From Hydrolagus colliei (lineage: Eukaryota): a stretch of DNA of 64,000 nucleotides. The position numbers and the translations under genes were made by a program. Within the stretch, counting starts at the first letter, position 1, and each line of letters begins with the position of its first letter. The notes beneath the pieces are model-generated. The model worked only from the letters and a program-made list of their open reading frames with translations. It made no database searches and was not told the origin of the DNA. Shown piece after piece: positions 13,087 to 25,200 of the stretch. The DNA lies in contig CM068742.1 in assembly GCA_035084275.1 (NCBI GenBank), positions 70,556,001 through 70,620,000 of the forward strand, read 5' to 3'.

Positions 13087-14478
13087 CTGGTGATTAGGTG
13101 TGAGGCGATCTCTGGGTTACTGTATGTGGCGCAAGTTTGGCCCTTGACCAAACGTGGTGCCACCGCAGTCACCAGAGCTATCTTTAGGTTTGTCTGGGGC
13201 TCTGGGATGGATCGTGTCCCCAAAAACATCTGTTCCTGCATTGTGCCTTCGCCAAACAGGTGTGGAACAAGACAAAGTGGCTACTCTCGCGCTTCATCCT
13301 GGGAGTCCCTCTTTCAGCTCACACTGTGATATATGGCCTCTTCCCAGGGACGCACGAGGTGACCGACCTACAATGCGCCTGGAGGGTCATCAACTCGGTC
13401 AAGCAAGGCCTTTGGGTCGGCTGGAACCGAGAGACTTCCGGGCGTGGAAATAGGTCAGTGTCGGCCTGCTACAGGATGGTGATGGTAAGAGCCTGGGAAT
13501 ATGTTAACAGGGACCCCCTGGAGATAGGTTCGGACGAGGCCAAGGATAGGTGGGGAGTGACCTAGTATGGAAGATTTCGTGCCTGTGGGGGAATGCCACT
13601 GCCTAGAACGTCGGGGACTCTATACGCAGCGCTTGTGGGGGACGCTCGATCTGTAACCAGAGAGTGACCACAAATGAATGTTTTTGTAGAAGCCTCTCCC
13701 TATAAAAGGGAGAGCATCGGAGTAGTTTTTTTGTTTGTATTTTGTTTTTGGCCTACCATCCGGTAAGGGAAGGATGGTGGAGCTGGGATTAGCCCCTTCA
13801 TTTATATTAGCGCCTTGGGATGTCCTCCCGACGTGAAAGGCGCTATATAAATGTAAATTGTTGTTAAATTGTTGTTGTTCATAACCTCTCCCTGTAAATA
13901 AAGGCAGCAGTGTAGAGAAGCGACTTATAAGGAGAATGTGGATAATAGGTGTCTTATGATTTGTGTCAAGAATTACAGGGTTTTTTGGGGGGGGTTTCTC
14001 CACAAAGATGGTGGGTTGGTTTTTTTTAATGTCTGGTTTTGTTTTTTGCGTGGGTAGCGAGTCAGGGCCGCTGCGGGATTGTCACGGGAGAAAAGGGTTT
14101 TTGTTTTGCTTATGTGGGTTTTGTGTAACGGGAAAAAGTTTAAAAAAACAAATTACATGTTTTTAACCCCCAAAAAAATATATTTATTTTAAAAAAATGA
14201 TGAAGCAAAAGCAGTCTTGTTCCTGGGCCGGAAACGAGGGAGGAAAGAGAGTTGCAGCATCAAATAGAATGCCAAATCTCTGCACTGACTCAATGAGATG
14301 GACAGAATAATTAGGAAGGTTGATGTAATTGGAGGAATTGGTGAGGAGGAGGGGTTGGCAAGTGGAGGAAGCTAGCTTCTGTTTCCTCCACTGATTTGTT
14401 AAACTAATGGAACTTGAGGCTCATTCAGAAGGAATCTGAGATCTGACAAGACAAATGACCAGAGGAGAACATCAGTAG

Positions 14479-15510
14479 ACAACAACAACAAAATTACATT
14501 TAAGCACCTTTCACGTCAGGAGGATATCCCAAGGCGCTGAACAGTTTGGGACCAAAGGGCAGGGTGGGGGGTGGAGAGGGGATGGAGAGAGGTGGGAGAG
14601 CAGCTGAAGTCACGATCAAAAAGGAGGATCTTGAGACGGGCCTTGAAAGAGGCAAGGGAGGAAGTGAGGTGAAGATGGAGTTGCAGAGTGCGGGGGAAGA
14701 TAGGCTGAAAGCTTGGCCATCAATGGTAGGGTCGAGCGGGAGACATGGAGTGGAACGGAGCTTGCTAAACTGAGAGGGGTTGCAGGATGGTAGGGAGTCA
14801 GCAGGTCAGAGAGATAGGAAGGGAAAAGGTTATGGATGGCCTGGAAAGTGAGGACAAGGATCTTGAATATAATCCTCTGGGGAATGGTGAGCCAATGGAG
14901 CAGGGCGAGGGTGGGAGTGGTGGGTTTGCAGAGTTTGGTGCGGGAGAGGACACAAGCTGCAGAGTTTTGGATGATCTGCAGCTTGTGAAGGGAAGAGCTG
15001 GGAAGGCCGACAAGGAGGGAGTTTCCATAGTCAAGCCTTGATGTGACAAGTGCATGGGTGAGGGTTTTGGCAGCCTGAGGGGTGAGGCAGTTGCGGAGTC
15101 TGGCAATGTTACGGAGGTGGCGGAAGGCAGTACTGGTTATGGAGTAGATGTGGGGGAGAAAGAACAGCTCAGGATCGAACAAGACACCCAGGTTCCTGAC
15201 TGGCTTCATGAGATGGCGTGTGCAGCCATGGATGCTGATGCTGCCAGCGCCCAAGATGCGGAGGCGCTGACATGAGCCAATCAGGATGGCCTCAGTCTTT
15301 CAGATGGAGAAACTTGTCCTTATCCAGAACTCGATGACAGACAGTCAGAACACCGGTAGTCCTGGAGTTCAGGGTGAAAGCGGAGAGTTGGGTATCATCC
15401 ACATACGTGGAAATTTAACCTGGAATAAAGGAGGGCGAGTGTCATCAGCATATATGTAGAATTTAACCCAATCTGTGAATGACATCAGCAAAGGGGAGCA
15501 TGTAGATTAG
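14479..15510 (-). mobile_element. L2 LINE 3' portion
   Basis: [23 protein letters not shown]; (TTG)n tail. Confidence 0.9.
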
Positions 15511-16069
15511 TGGTGGAATCAGGTTGACCAAAACAACAAAATGTTTATTGATTCAATATTTCTTGATTTTTGCCATAAATATTAAATCAAAAAAGGTTGG
15601 CCATCACTGGGGTAGAAGAAGAAAAAGAGTGATTCTATAGTACATTCTAATGTTCAAATTAACACCATCGGGATGAACCTCTACCCTCCCATGTACCTTC
15701 AAAGCTCTCTCCCCTAAATAGTTTAGCAATTATGTACCTGTCTGTGGTCAAATATTTACAAAGTGGGGGAGGGAGAAACTTAAACTGCAAGTGGTACTCT
15801 GAGCTCTGCTGTTATTGGACATTTTAGCTGAATACTATGTTTGGAACATTATTGCACAGCGCATTTTGGTATTTGGAATATTAATCACACATATCGAATT
15901 GGCCACTGTTTAAGTGCTAAGTCACCCATTCAGCAGCAGTCAACACAAAACGACTGTCACAGAACACATTAAACAATACGTTTCATTGTTACTCCTGACA
16001 CAGTTAACGTTCTCTGGGCAATGAAATTCTTGTTCACACGAATATATCAATCATGTTTATGTGCCTTAC

Positions 16070-16285
16070 CTTAGCATTACGCTTCAATTCATTCAGTTTC
16101 TTCTTGACCTCCCAGTGAGGTCCTCTGTGAGTCTCTGACACAGGATTGACCCAGGAGGTCACCGCTTGCCAGGCGTGCCTCCTCAACATAATGGTGAGGC
16201 TCCCTCCTCCCCCACCCCCTGTTGAATGGGTCCTGTCTACCTTCCTGGACAGCCTGCACCAGAGTTTGCTGTACAGCATGCTGAA
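16070..16285 (-). pseudogene. Myb/SANT-like DNA-binding domain fragment (Harbinger ORF2/MSANTD type)
   Basis: LVQAVQEGRQDPF (frameshift) RRHAWQAVTSWVNPVSETHR..EVKKKLNELKRNAK, followed by donor aag|gtaagg. Confidence 0.65.
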
Positions 16286-16289
16286 CTGG

Positions 16290-16695
16290 GCATCCTGTAG
16301 TCCTCTAAAGTATTGGATAGAGCACTCGCCTCGCAAGCAGGAGGACCCAGGTTCAATTCCCAGGCAGGGCAAAACCTAAGCTAGTTTCCTTACTCGATAG
16401 GTCTCTGTTTACCCAGCAGGAAGTAGGAACCTGGTTGGTAGTTGATTGCAGATCGCTGCCTGTGAGTAATAATTCCTTCCAAAAATTAATTTTGAATTAA
16501 TTCAAATAATAATTTGATCACTCGATCCACAACTGTTTGTGGAACACTGCTGTGCACAATTGGCTGCCACGTTTTGCCCATAAAATAAACAGTCAATTTA
16601 CTTTGCAGTATATTCTGTGAAGGTCTTTGCAACATGTCAACAACGTGATAAAGCGCTGTATCAAATGCAAGGATTATTATTATAATTATTATTAA
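16290..16695 (+). mobile_element. tRNA-derived SINE (long form)
   Basis: Same family plus central tgtttacccagcaggaagtaggaacc module. Confidence 0.85.
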
Positions 16696-18413
16696 TACTA
16701 TCATCTTTCACATAAGTTTACGATTAACAAGCCGGTTGAGATAGGTGAAGCATTAACATTTCAATTAAATAATCCACTGTATGTCTGGCTGTTACATTTT
16801 GACACCCTTCCGGTTGGCACATCACAAAATCCAGAGTATCAGCCACACACCCAACAGCAGACGCAAACGTACCCACAATCAGAATGAAAAAGCACTCTTC
16901 TGGAAAACACCAATGTCAATGAAGCCTCGCACCTCCTTCAGATGTTAAACTACATTTTTACAGTACACACTTTACAATCACTACACTTTACAGTAAATCA
17001 TGTGACATGCTTTGAGACATGTCAAAGACATAATAAGGCGCTATATCAAATGCAAAGATGATTATTATTAATAATTGTGGGACATTGCTGTGCATAAATT
17101 GTTCTCCATGTTTAAATAGAAATACATGTATTCTATGTAAATTCTATGTTTGAAAGCAATGTCTGTGAAGCACTTTGAGCCATTTGGATAACAGAAATGT
17201 TATATGGAAAGCAACGATAATTGTTATTAAACATGCCTTGGGAGATAAAGTACATCTCCTTGGGTGTACTGAAGTTGAGGGACTGAGTTCTTACATGTCA
17301 GCATGATTTACATGGGCTTCCCTGCAGGAAACCAACTTTATATCTTTTTCCAATGACAGTGAGGCATTTCCTCAACAGTCTCTCCTTTCAGTCCATTGTG
17401 CTTAACATCCATCATTTCTCATCAGTACAGAACAATGCCCATTCTGTTGCAAGATGTGCTACTGTGGACTTGAACAATATTGTGGCAATCTTCAAGTTTT
17501 GATGTTCCTTTCACAATTTACCATTGAAAATGTGTATCATTTTCTGAAATATAGAGACACACGTATTTCTCTTAAAATCAAGCTAACAATACAGTGAACT
17601 TTACTGCTTTTTGTAGCTAGTCGTTACAAAATGTGATTCTGAAACAGTTAATTATTATCGTTATCAATAAAAACGATCCATGTATTTTATACAGCCCCCT
17701 ATCATGGCATCGACGTTCACGGGATTTTACTGCAAAGAGCAATGGTTGTGTATTTTGAAGAAAACCACGGCAGCCAATTAGCACACAGCAATGTCACACA
17801 CACAGTCACGACCAATTTTACCTGGGAGATTGTTGGTGAAGACAGCAGGAGAAACTTCCATCTCTTTTTGAATAGTGCAATGTGATCTTTAATGTCTATC
17901 TGAACAGGCAGACCCAAGACATTGGTTTAATGTCTCATCTGATGGATGCAATTCTGACAATGAAGTACTTCTCATGCATTGCATTATAACAACAACAACT
18001 TGCATTTATATCGCACTTCTCATGCAGGGTTGCATCCCAGAACTCTTGACAATGGTGGAGCACGAGGCCAAGCCAGTCGAAGAGGAAGGTCAATAGGCTT
18101 TAAAAACAGACAGGGGATGGAGTGGCAGATGAATTTAGAGAGGCAGTTACAAATCATAGCATCTGAAAACTCAGTGAGGGCAATGGAGAGGTCCAGTCTG
18201 GAGGTGACAAAAGCATGAGGGAGTGAGATAGGGACAGAGCTGGGCAATGTGGAAAAGGTGAAGAAAAGAAGATTTGGTCAGGGACTGAATATAAAGAAGG
18301 AAAGAGAGCAGTCAGGTGAGCAGAAAGCCAAGGTTACATACAGGCTCCATGAGATGGAGAGAGCTACAGATTGTAATTTTCACCCTAACATTTCATTCTT
18401 CCCATACAATTGT

Positions 18414-18700
18414 GGAGTCCTGTAGCTCAGTGGTTAGAGCACTTGCCTTACAAGTGTGAGACCTGTGTTCGAATCCAGGCATGTCAGGGTGAAACCTTAA
18501 GCAAGTTTCCTTACTCCACACATCCAATAATAATCCCTCCAAAAAAAACACAACAATGAAATTGGTCATTTCAATCCACGATTGTGCACAATTGGCTGCT
18601 GTATTTTGCCCACAAATATTCACTTTTAGTGTGTTCTGTGAAGCGCTTTGAGACGTCTAGAAGATGTGAAAAGCACTATATCAAATTCAAGGATTATTAT
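18414..18700 (+). mobile_element. tRNA-derived SINE (short form)
   Basis: ggagtcctgtagctcagtggttagagc..gttcgaatcc..tail. Confidence 0.9.
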
Positions 18701-19199
18701 GATAGGGTTATTATTACAATTACAGTTTGAGGCAGATCACCTGTTGTAACTTTGTCCTTCATATCCACTTCATTTCTTTAGTTGTTTGTGTATTCATGTT
18801 TTGGTGAATTCAGCTTTTTTTGCTCTCTGAAATGGACAGGAAACAAGGTGGAAAAGCTTAGGTCATTGGTGTATTCAATAAACCACTGACATTTCTGAAA
18901 CTGACTTTTGCTGTAAAAATATCAACATTTTAAGATTCCTTCTTTCTGAGGCAAGCTTCTCAGCTCTTATCTGCACTTTGAAAAAAGTATCTGAAAAATC
19001 AAAATACAGTAATAATAACCCTTGCATTTGATATAGCAACTTTAAAGGCCCTATACAAATGTAATTTTGTAGTTGATGTTCACATTAGGAGGATGTCACA
19101 TAGCATTTCACAGGATATTACTGTGAAACATAGAGACTGTATATTGCCCTGCAAACCACTATGAAATAAATTACAAACTTTATTTGGGGAATTGTTAGC

Positions 19200-19488
19200 C
19201 AGAGCACAAGAAGAAACTCTGTTTTCAAATAGTGCCACAGCACTCTAGCCCTCTACCCCACTTGAAGGGCGCTATCTAAATGCAAGTAAATCAATTTGTT
19301 GTACAGGATATTTAACAGGCAGACAGGATTTCAGTTTAACATCTCAGCTGAAGGACAGCATCTTGTACATCGCAATGCTCTCCCAGCACTGTACTGGGGA
19401 GGTTGGACTGTGAGTTCAAAACACTGACATGGGACTTGAACCAAAAACTTTCTGAGTCAGACAAGAATTCTACCAACTGAGCCAAACT
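19200..19488 (-). mobile_element. Older Deu-domain-type tRNA SINE
   Basis: Same head and body motifs. Confidence 0.7.
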
Positions 19489-20487
19489 GATACCTAATAT
19501 AGAATCTATCAAAAGTATTGTGTGGAAAGGTGTTTCCCTGAACATCCATTCAATATTCACACTGGTTGCTTTATCATCAATCAAAGGATCGTCCCAGAAT
19601 GTCAGATGTGGGGTGTAAAACTGAAATGAGCTGGAATTTTGACTCATCGCTCAGTTAAAGAAACGGAGAGTGAACCATAAAGTGTTGCAATTCTGCACTC
19701 GATTTCCCATCCAGCTCTTCACAAAGTTGTCAGAAGATGGCACCACAATCACACAATAACTGCTGACCACTGGCTCCGAGCATAGATTAATAAAGTGGGT
19801 GTCAAGTCAAGTAGCTGTGGTTTGAACGGTCAGAATGTCAACACCTGTGTTGTGTTTCAGAATGCACTTACTTCATTGTCTCCACTAAGCCATCCGAGGA
19901 GAGTGACCATTATCTACAACAACACCAACAACTTGGATTTAAAGAGCAGATTCCCCTCATGAAGAGTAGCATCCCAGAAAGCTGACAGTGTCGGAGCACG
20001 ATCCCTATGCTCTAGATCTGAGGTTGATAAATTATACATTCTTGCTTTGATTATGAACCCTGGAATCTGTACTTTGAATTGCCATGTTGTTGCTTCTGCT
20101 TTCCCCAATGCTAATCTCACAAGCCTTTCTGTACCATATGCAATAGACTGTAAAATGGTTTTCTCTACAACTGTTTGTAGCTGTCACAACTGTTTGTATA
20201 ACTGCAATGGCAAACACTATGGCGATCCAAAAGGTAGTCAGTAACTCAAAGAGAACAAGATAGATAATGACCATATTTGACCATTATTAAATGAATATAA
20301 ACCAGTTACAACATCCAGTACTTACACTAAAATATACTGCAAAATGTTCTGCGATGTCTCAATGATGTGATAAGGTTCTCTTTCAAATGTAAAGATGATA
20401 AAATTGGACCACCTATTCTGCAGCACTTTCAGACATCTAGAAGACATTAAAAGCGTTACATTAAATGCAAGGATTATTATTATTAAA

Positions 20488-20605
20488 AACAAAACAGAAG
20501 TCTCTGGGAACACTCAGCAGGTTAGATAACATCTATGAAGAAAAGAAAAGTGAGTCAACGTTTTTGGGTCCATGACCCTTCGTCAAACCTATTTTGCGTT
20601 TTTAT
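20488..20605 (-). repeat. Second copy of the Penelope-type hammerhead repeat
   Basis: Reverse: ttgacga-agggtcatggaccc-aaaaacgttgac..acctgctgagt. Confidence 0.65.
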
Positions 20606-20974
20606 TACTATTATTTACAAGTCACCTTTGATGCTTTTCTTAATATGATTTGGTGAACCAGTATGGTGTCTAGGGGGAAAGTAAAAATGGTAAATGTCAG
20701 ATAAATGCCAAACCTTAGGCAATTTTCCTTATTCCACATGCCCCTGTTTACCTAGTAGTACGTTGGAACTCGGTTGTTAGTCATTGGCAGATCGCTTTTC
20801 CCGGGATAACAATCCCTCCCTAAACAAATGTGGTCACTCAATCCATGACTGTTTGTGAGACATTGCTGCATGCAATTGGCTGTTATCTTTTACCCACAAA
20901 ATGCAGTCAATCCACTTTAAAATGAATTAACATACATTTTGAATATAAAATATATAATTCAGTTATATATTTCC

Positions 20975-21235
20975 GGTTCGATTCCCAGCAGGGCAAAAAC
21001 TTGGGCAAGTTTCCTTATTCCACATGCCTGATAATAAGCCCTCAAATTTTTTTTTATTAATGGGTCGTTTCAATCCACGAGTGTTTGTAGGACACTGCTG
21101 TGCGCAATTGGCTACCGTGTTTCGCCCACAACTATATGGTCAATTAACTTTACAGTATATTCTGTGAAGTGCTTTGAGACGTCTAGAAGATGTGAAAAGT
21201 GGGATATGAAATGCAAGGATTATTATTATTATTAT
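20975..21235 (+). mobile_element. tRNA-derived SINE, 5' truncated
   Basis: B box ggttcgattcc, core and tail. Confidence 0.85.
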
Positions 21236-22760
21236 TCTGCAAAGCACTTTAACCATTTCAACTACGCAAAAAGTCATTACATCAAATGCAAGTATTATTA
21301 ATATTGGAACGATAATAGGGAAAAGCAAATAAAAATGTAATAATCAGTGTCAATTTCACTGTCTACAGTATAGATTGGATAGAATCACATAACCATAAAA
21401 ATGTATGGCATAGAGAAAGCCAACCCATCCCCAGCTTGGGTGCAGTTTAGTATTTAATTCCTACTTCAATTTGGAATGAGGATTATTCTGCTCCATTCAC
21501 TGAATGTCGAAAATTCCCGAGTCAAGTTAAGCACCGGTTTACTCAGTTTGCTGTTTTGCGGTTTTGTTGCTTTGCATTCATAAATAACAGCAATGCAATT
21601 TGAATAACATTACACATGAGACCCACAGACAATGGTGACATCAGGCACACAAAGACATTGCCTTGATGGTTGATATGCATGAAGCAGCGCAGCTGACATC
21701 AGAGAGTTGATTCATGTTAGTGCTATTTCAAAGCCACCGTGTCGTCCAGAACACTGAACCCACTTCGGCAGACGTTCCAGAGATGCTGCATATACCTACA
21801 AATACATAGTCAATACACTTTACAGTAAAGACTTTAAGATGTTTCATGAGCCCACGATATACCTCTTAGTAATAATAATAATGCTTGCATTTGATATAGC
21901 ACTTTTCATGTCTTCTGGATGTCGCAAAGTGTTTCACAAAATATATTGTAAAGTGAATTGACTGTATATGTGGGCAAAATGCAGCAGCCAATTACACACA
22001 CCAGTGTCCCATGAACAGTCTTGGATTGAAATGAACTATTACTGTTTTTACTAGATCTCAAAGCGCTCCAGAGAACATACTGTGTAGTATATACTCTTCT
22101 CATTGCAATACTATGCAAAACATAATTAGCATCTAAGCCACCTTCTGTGTGGCGAATCAAAAACAATCTAGATACCCAAGGTCAGAAATTCTCCTTAGTT
22201 TTAGTTTGTAATACATTGCAATACATTCATTTTTTTTCCAGTAACTATAGCCCTGTTTTCATTCATTATTAAAAAGAACCACAAAAAAGGAATTACTGTG
22301 AAGAGTTTCCACATTTCTGCTTGGAATGTTTATGAAATTTCGGCTATCTGGGGATTGATTTTTGACCGGAATTCGCTGATGCGATCTTGAAAAATGATTT
22401 TCTAATGTAATTTTTCTGAATTAGAATCTTACATTAGTAAATTTACTATGAGAAAATGACTGTCTATCACCCGTGTGCCTGCTTGTAGCATATCTTACCC
22501 AATTTATAATGTTATGTAAGATGTCATTAGCCTTGAGTGGCTTTAGCTCATGCACTCTGGGAGCCAGCAGTCTATCTGTTCTTCTGAACTGAACAGCTGT
22601 GGGTCACCTGGTGTCTTCAAGATGAAAGGAATCATGCATTCCTCCAGGGAACTGTGCATTTACATGGACAATGTTTCTGCAGAATGATTAAATGAGATGC
22701 CTGCAACCGAGGAATGCCATTGAGTTACGGGCAGGTGCCTGAATAACTACACAAGTGCAG

Positions 22761-23485
22761 TCAACAACAACAACAACAACTTAAACTTGTAAAGCGCCTT
22801 TCACGTCGGGAGGACGTCCCAAGGCGCCGCACAGGAGGCGTGTGACCCGAGCTGGGAGGGGAGTGTTCGGGAAGGGGTGAAACATGTAGGGGAGGTCGAA
22901 AAATTCGGGGTGGGAACAAAAGGCACGGTCGAAGAGGAAAGTCTTCAAACCGGCCTTGAAAGAGGAAAGGGAAGAAACAAGACGGAGGGATTGGGGGATG
23001 GCATTCCATAGGGTGGGAGCGGAGAAACTGAAGGCCCGGCCTCCGATGGTGGGGCGGTTCGGGTGGGGGGCTTGGAGCAGGTCAATTCCTGCTGAACGGA
23101 GGGTCCGGGTGGGCTTATAGGGGGAGAGTAAATTGGTTAAATAGGGCGGGGCAAGGCCGTGTAAGGCCTTGAAGGTGAGGACGAGGATCTTGAACTCGAT
23201 CCTCTGGAGGATGGGGAGCCAGTGGAGACGGGCGAGGGTGGGGGTTATGTGGTCGTGGAGGCGGGTACGGGATAGTACACGGGCTGCAGAGTTTTGGATG
23301 GCCTGCAGCCTGTGAATGGAGGAACTGGGGAGGCCGACGAGGAGAGAGTTTCCATAGTCCAGCCGTGAGGTGATGTATGTGTGCACGAGTGTTTCAGCAG
23401 CGTGGGGGGTCAGGTAGTTGCGGAGCCTGGCAATGTTGCGCAGGTGGAAATAAGCGGTGCCGGTCAAGGCACGGATGTGGGGTCA
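22761..23485 (-). mobile_element. L2 LINE 3' portion, young copy with an open 228-aa frame
   Basis: Uninterrupted ORF2 C-terminus, CpG-rich, intact 3' stem-loop and (TTG)n. Confidence 0.95.
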
Positions 23486-23521
23486 TTGATTTCCTGCACG
23501 GTTTCAATAATATAGTGATAC

Positions 23522-23808
23522 TATTAATCCTGGCATTTGATATAGCGCTTTTCACATTTCCTAGACATCTCAAAGCCCTTCACAGAATATACTGTAAAGT
23601 GAATTGACTGTATAGTTGTTTGAGAATAGCCAATTGCGTACAGCAGTGTTCCACAAACAGTCGTGGATTGAATGATTGATTTATTATGGTTTTTTTGAGG
23701 GATTATTATTAAGCGTGTAGAGTAAGGAAATTTATCCAAGGTTTCGCCCTGCCTGAATTCAAACACAGGTCTCACGATTGGGCTCTAACCACTGAGCTAC
23801 AGGACTCC
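23522..23808 (-). mobile_element. tRNA-derived SINE (short form)
   Basis: Reverse complement head, core and tail. Confidence 0.88.
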
Positions 23809-24553
23809 AGTTGGATGCTATCTAGTTCTGGTTAAAACAATGCAGGCTCTGTGCCCTTCTATTGTTCTGATGGGTAAAAGAGAAGGATCGTTCTCAGAGC
23901 GCTTCCATCAACTCTGTTATGCAGTGCAACATGTCAAAATAGCTGACTCTTTGATTTCTCCTGTCGATGTCAGAAGGTCCTGGATTAAAGAGGTAGAGAG
24001 CAATGTCGACGTTTACTACCACTGACAATAGCAATGCTAATCAAGCCCATTCCTTCCACAATCAAAGAGAAGACGCTAATATTCAGTCCATATCACATCC
24101 CTGTCCGCACCTACGACTGATGCTCCAGTGTTGGCAATGACACATTTGCCTTGCTCTCAGTGCAGTTCCACCTTTTCTGTTTAAAAATCTAGGAAATCCC
24201 ATTCTTCTCCTGTAGCTCAGTGGTTAGAGGACTCACGAACAACAACTTTGATTTACATAGCGCCCTCCACGTTTTGATCTCTTGAGGTGGAATAGTGACC
24301 GCAAATATTTTTGGTAGAATTTTCATTACATCTCAGCGGAAGACAACACACTGATTCTCACTTTCACTGAAAAAGGCAAAGAGAGCTTCATCTTAGAGTT
24401 TGTCATTTCGCTCCTTGAATGGTAAGCCAACAGACTTCTGTGTGGAGACAAACATCCTTTGTTTTGTATTTCTAGTGTTCTTTGTTTTCAATCTAGTATT
24501 AATTAGGTTGTGAATACTGTTATAAGCAAATTGACATTTCCCTGCACTTGTGA

Positions 24554-24585
<32 letters not shown>

Positions 24586-24608
24586 CCCTGTTCCCTGCAC
24601 CTCATCAG

Positions 24609-24648
24609 CCTGTCACTGGCGTTGCCTAGCTCACAAGTGACCAAGAAG
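24609..24648 (+). other. Candidate 40-nt upstream (probably 5'UTR) exon of the EGF gene
   Basis: Long polypyrimidine/(CT)n tract then catcag| acceptor; donor aag|gtacgt; contains no ATG. Confidence 0.35.
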
Positions 24649-24959
24649 GTACGTCCTTAAACATATGATAGGAAGAGAGATGAGCAAAGTGCATGAGAGT
24701 AGGAGGAACCAGTAATCTGTCCCAGACTGGGTGAAACACTGTGAGGAATTTCCACAGTTGTTACTTGACTGAGAAAACCCAGGGAGGGCATCGAGACCTT
24801 AAGGGGGTGACTGTGCAGATCGCCTCGAGCATCTGGATGTTAAGGACGCTGTACAGGCGCCTTGACCCTCACCCCCCCTGTAACCCTGAGAGCTGCTGAG
24901 CCACCAGAGTGCAAGCGATCTGGGGTTTGATTGACTTGTTCCCCTTGAAATTCACGTGA

Positions 24960-25200
24960 GTATTTTCTCTCTCTCTGAGCGCTGCAGCGACTGACCGGCA
25001 TCTCGTGCTGTTGATTTGCCCCGGGTTCCCGAACTGAGCCTTTCTGTGCATCAGCCGAGGAGCGGATCAGAGGTTCGCCTCCCCGCCCACGGTGACGGCT
25101 GGACCCACGACCGTCTTGTTGCTCCTTGTCCTCGGCTGCCCTCTAAATGCAGACACGCACAGGCGGTTCAGGTACGTGTTGATGTGTTTAGTGGGTGTGA
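24960..25200 (+). promoter_or_regulatory. Small CpG/GC-rich patch at the 5' end of the EGF gene
   Basis: Local CpG enrichment against a CpG-depleted background; GC box ccccgccc at 25081-25088. Confidence 0.4.
25089..25171 (+). CDS. NPNT/EGFL6-like gene, putative coding exon 1 (signal peptide)
   Basis: Reads (T)VTAGPTTVLLLLVLGCPLNADTHRRF, a hydrophobic signal-peptide-like core, and ends at donor ttcag|gtacgt (phase 2). Lies in a CpG-rich patch. No in-frame ATG: ACG at 25089, GTG at 25092, in-frame TGA at 25035. Confidence 0.6.

Larger units (their letters stand above)
10385..14197 (+). mobile_element. Tx1-clade (L1 group) LINE, decayed ORF2 plus 3' UTR, interrupted by Harbinger
   Basis: Endonuclease end SRIDFLF..FTDH, GRGMWKLN, RT motifs LDQEKAFDRVSH, SGVRQGCP, LYMDVV, then KLSITGKNL|VIRCEAISGLLYVAQVWP and a C-terminal fragment to 13565. 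Stops, frameshifts and internal deletions; A-rich end near 14170-14197. Confidence 0.88.

Noticed and set aside
18414-18485. tRNA-Val(TAC)-like gene (also 8065, 62910, 63700)
   Set aside because: The acceptor stem does not pair and the sequence runs into SINE body or is truncated; these are SINE heads.
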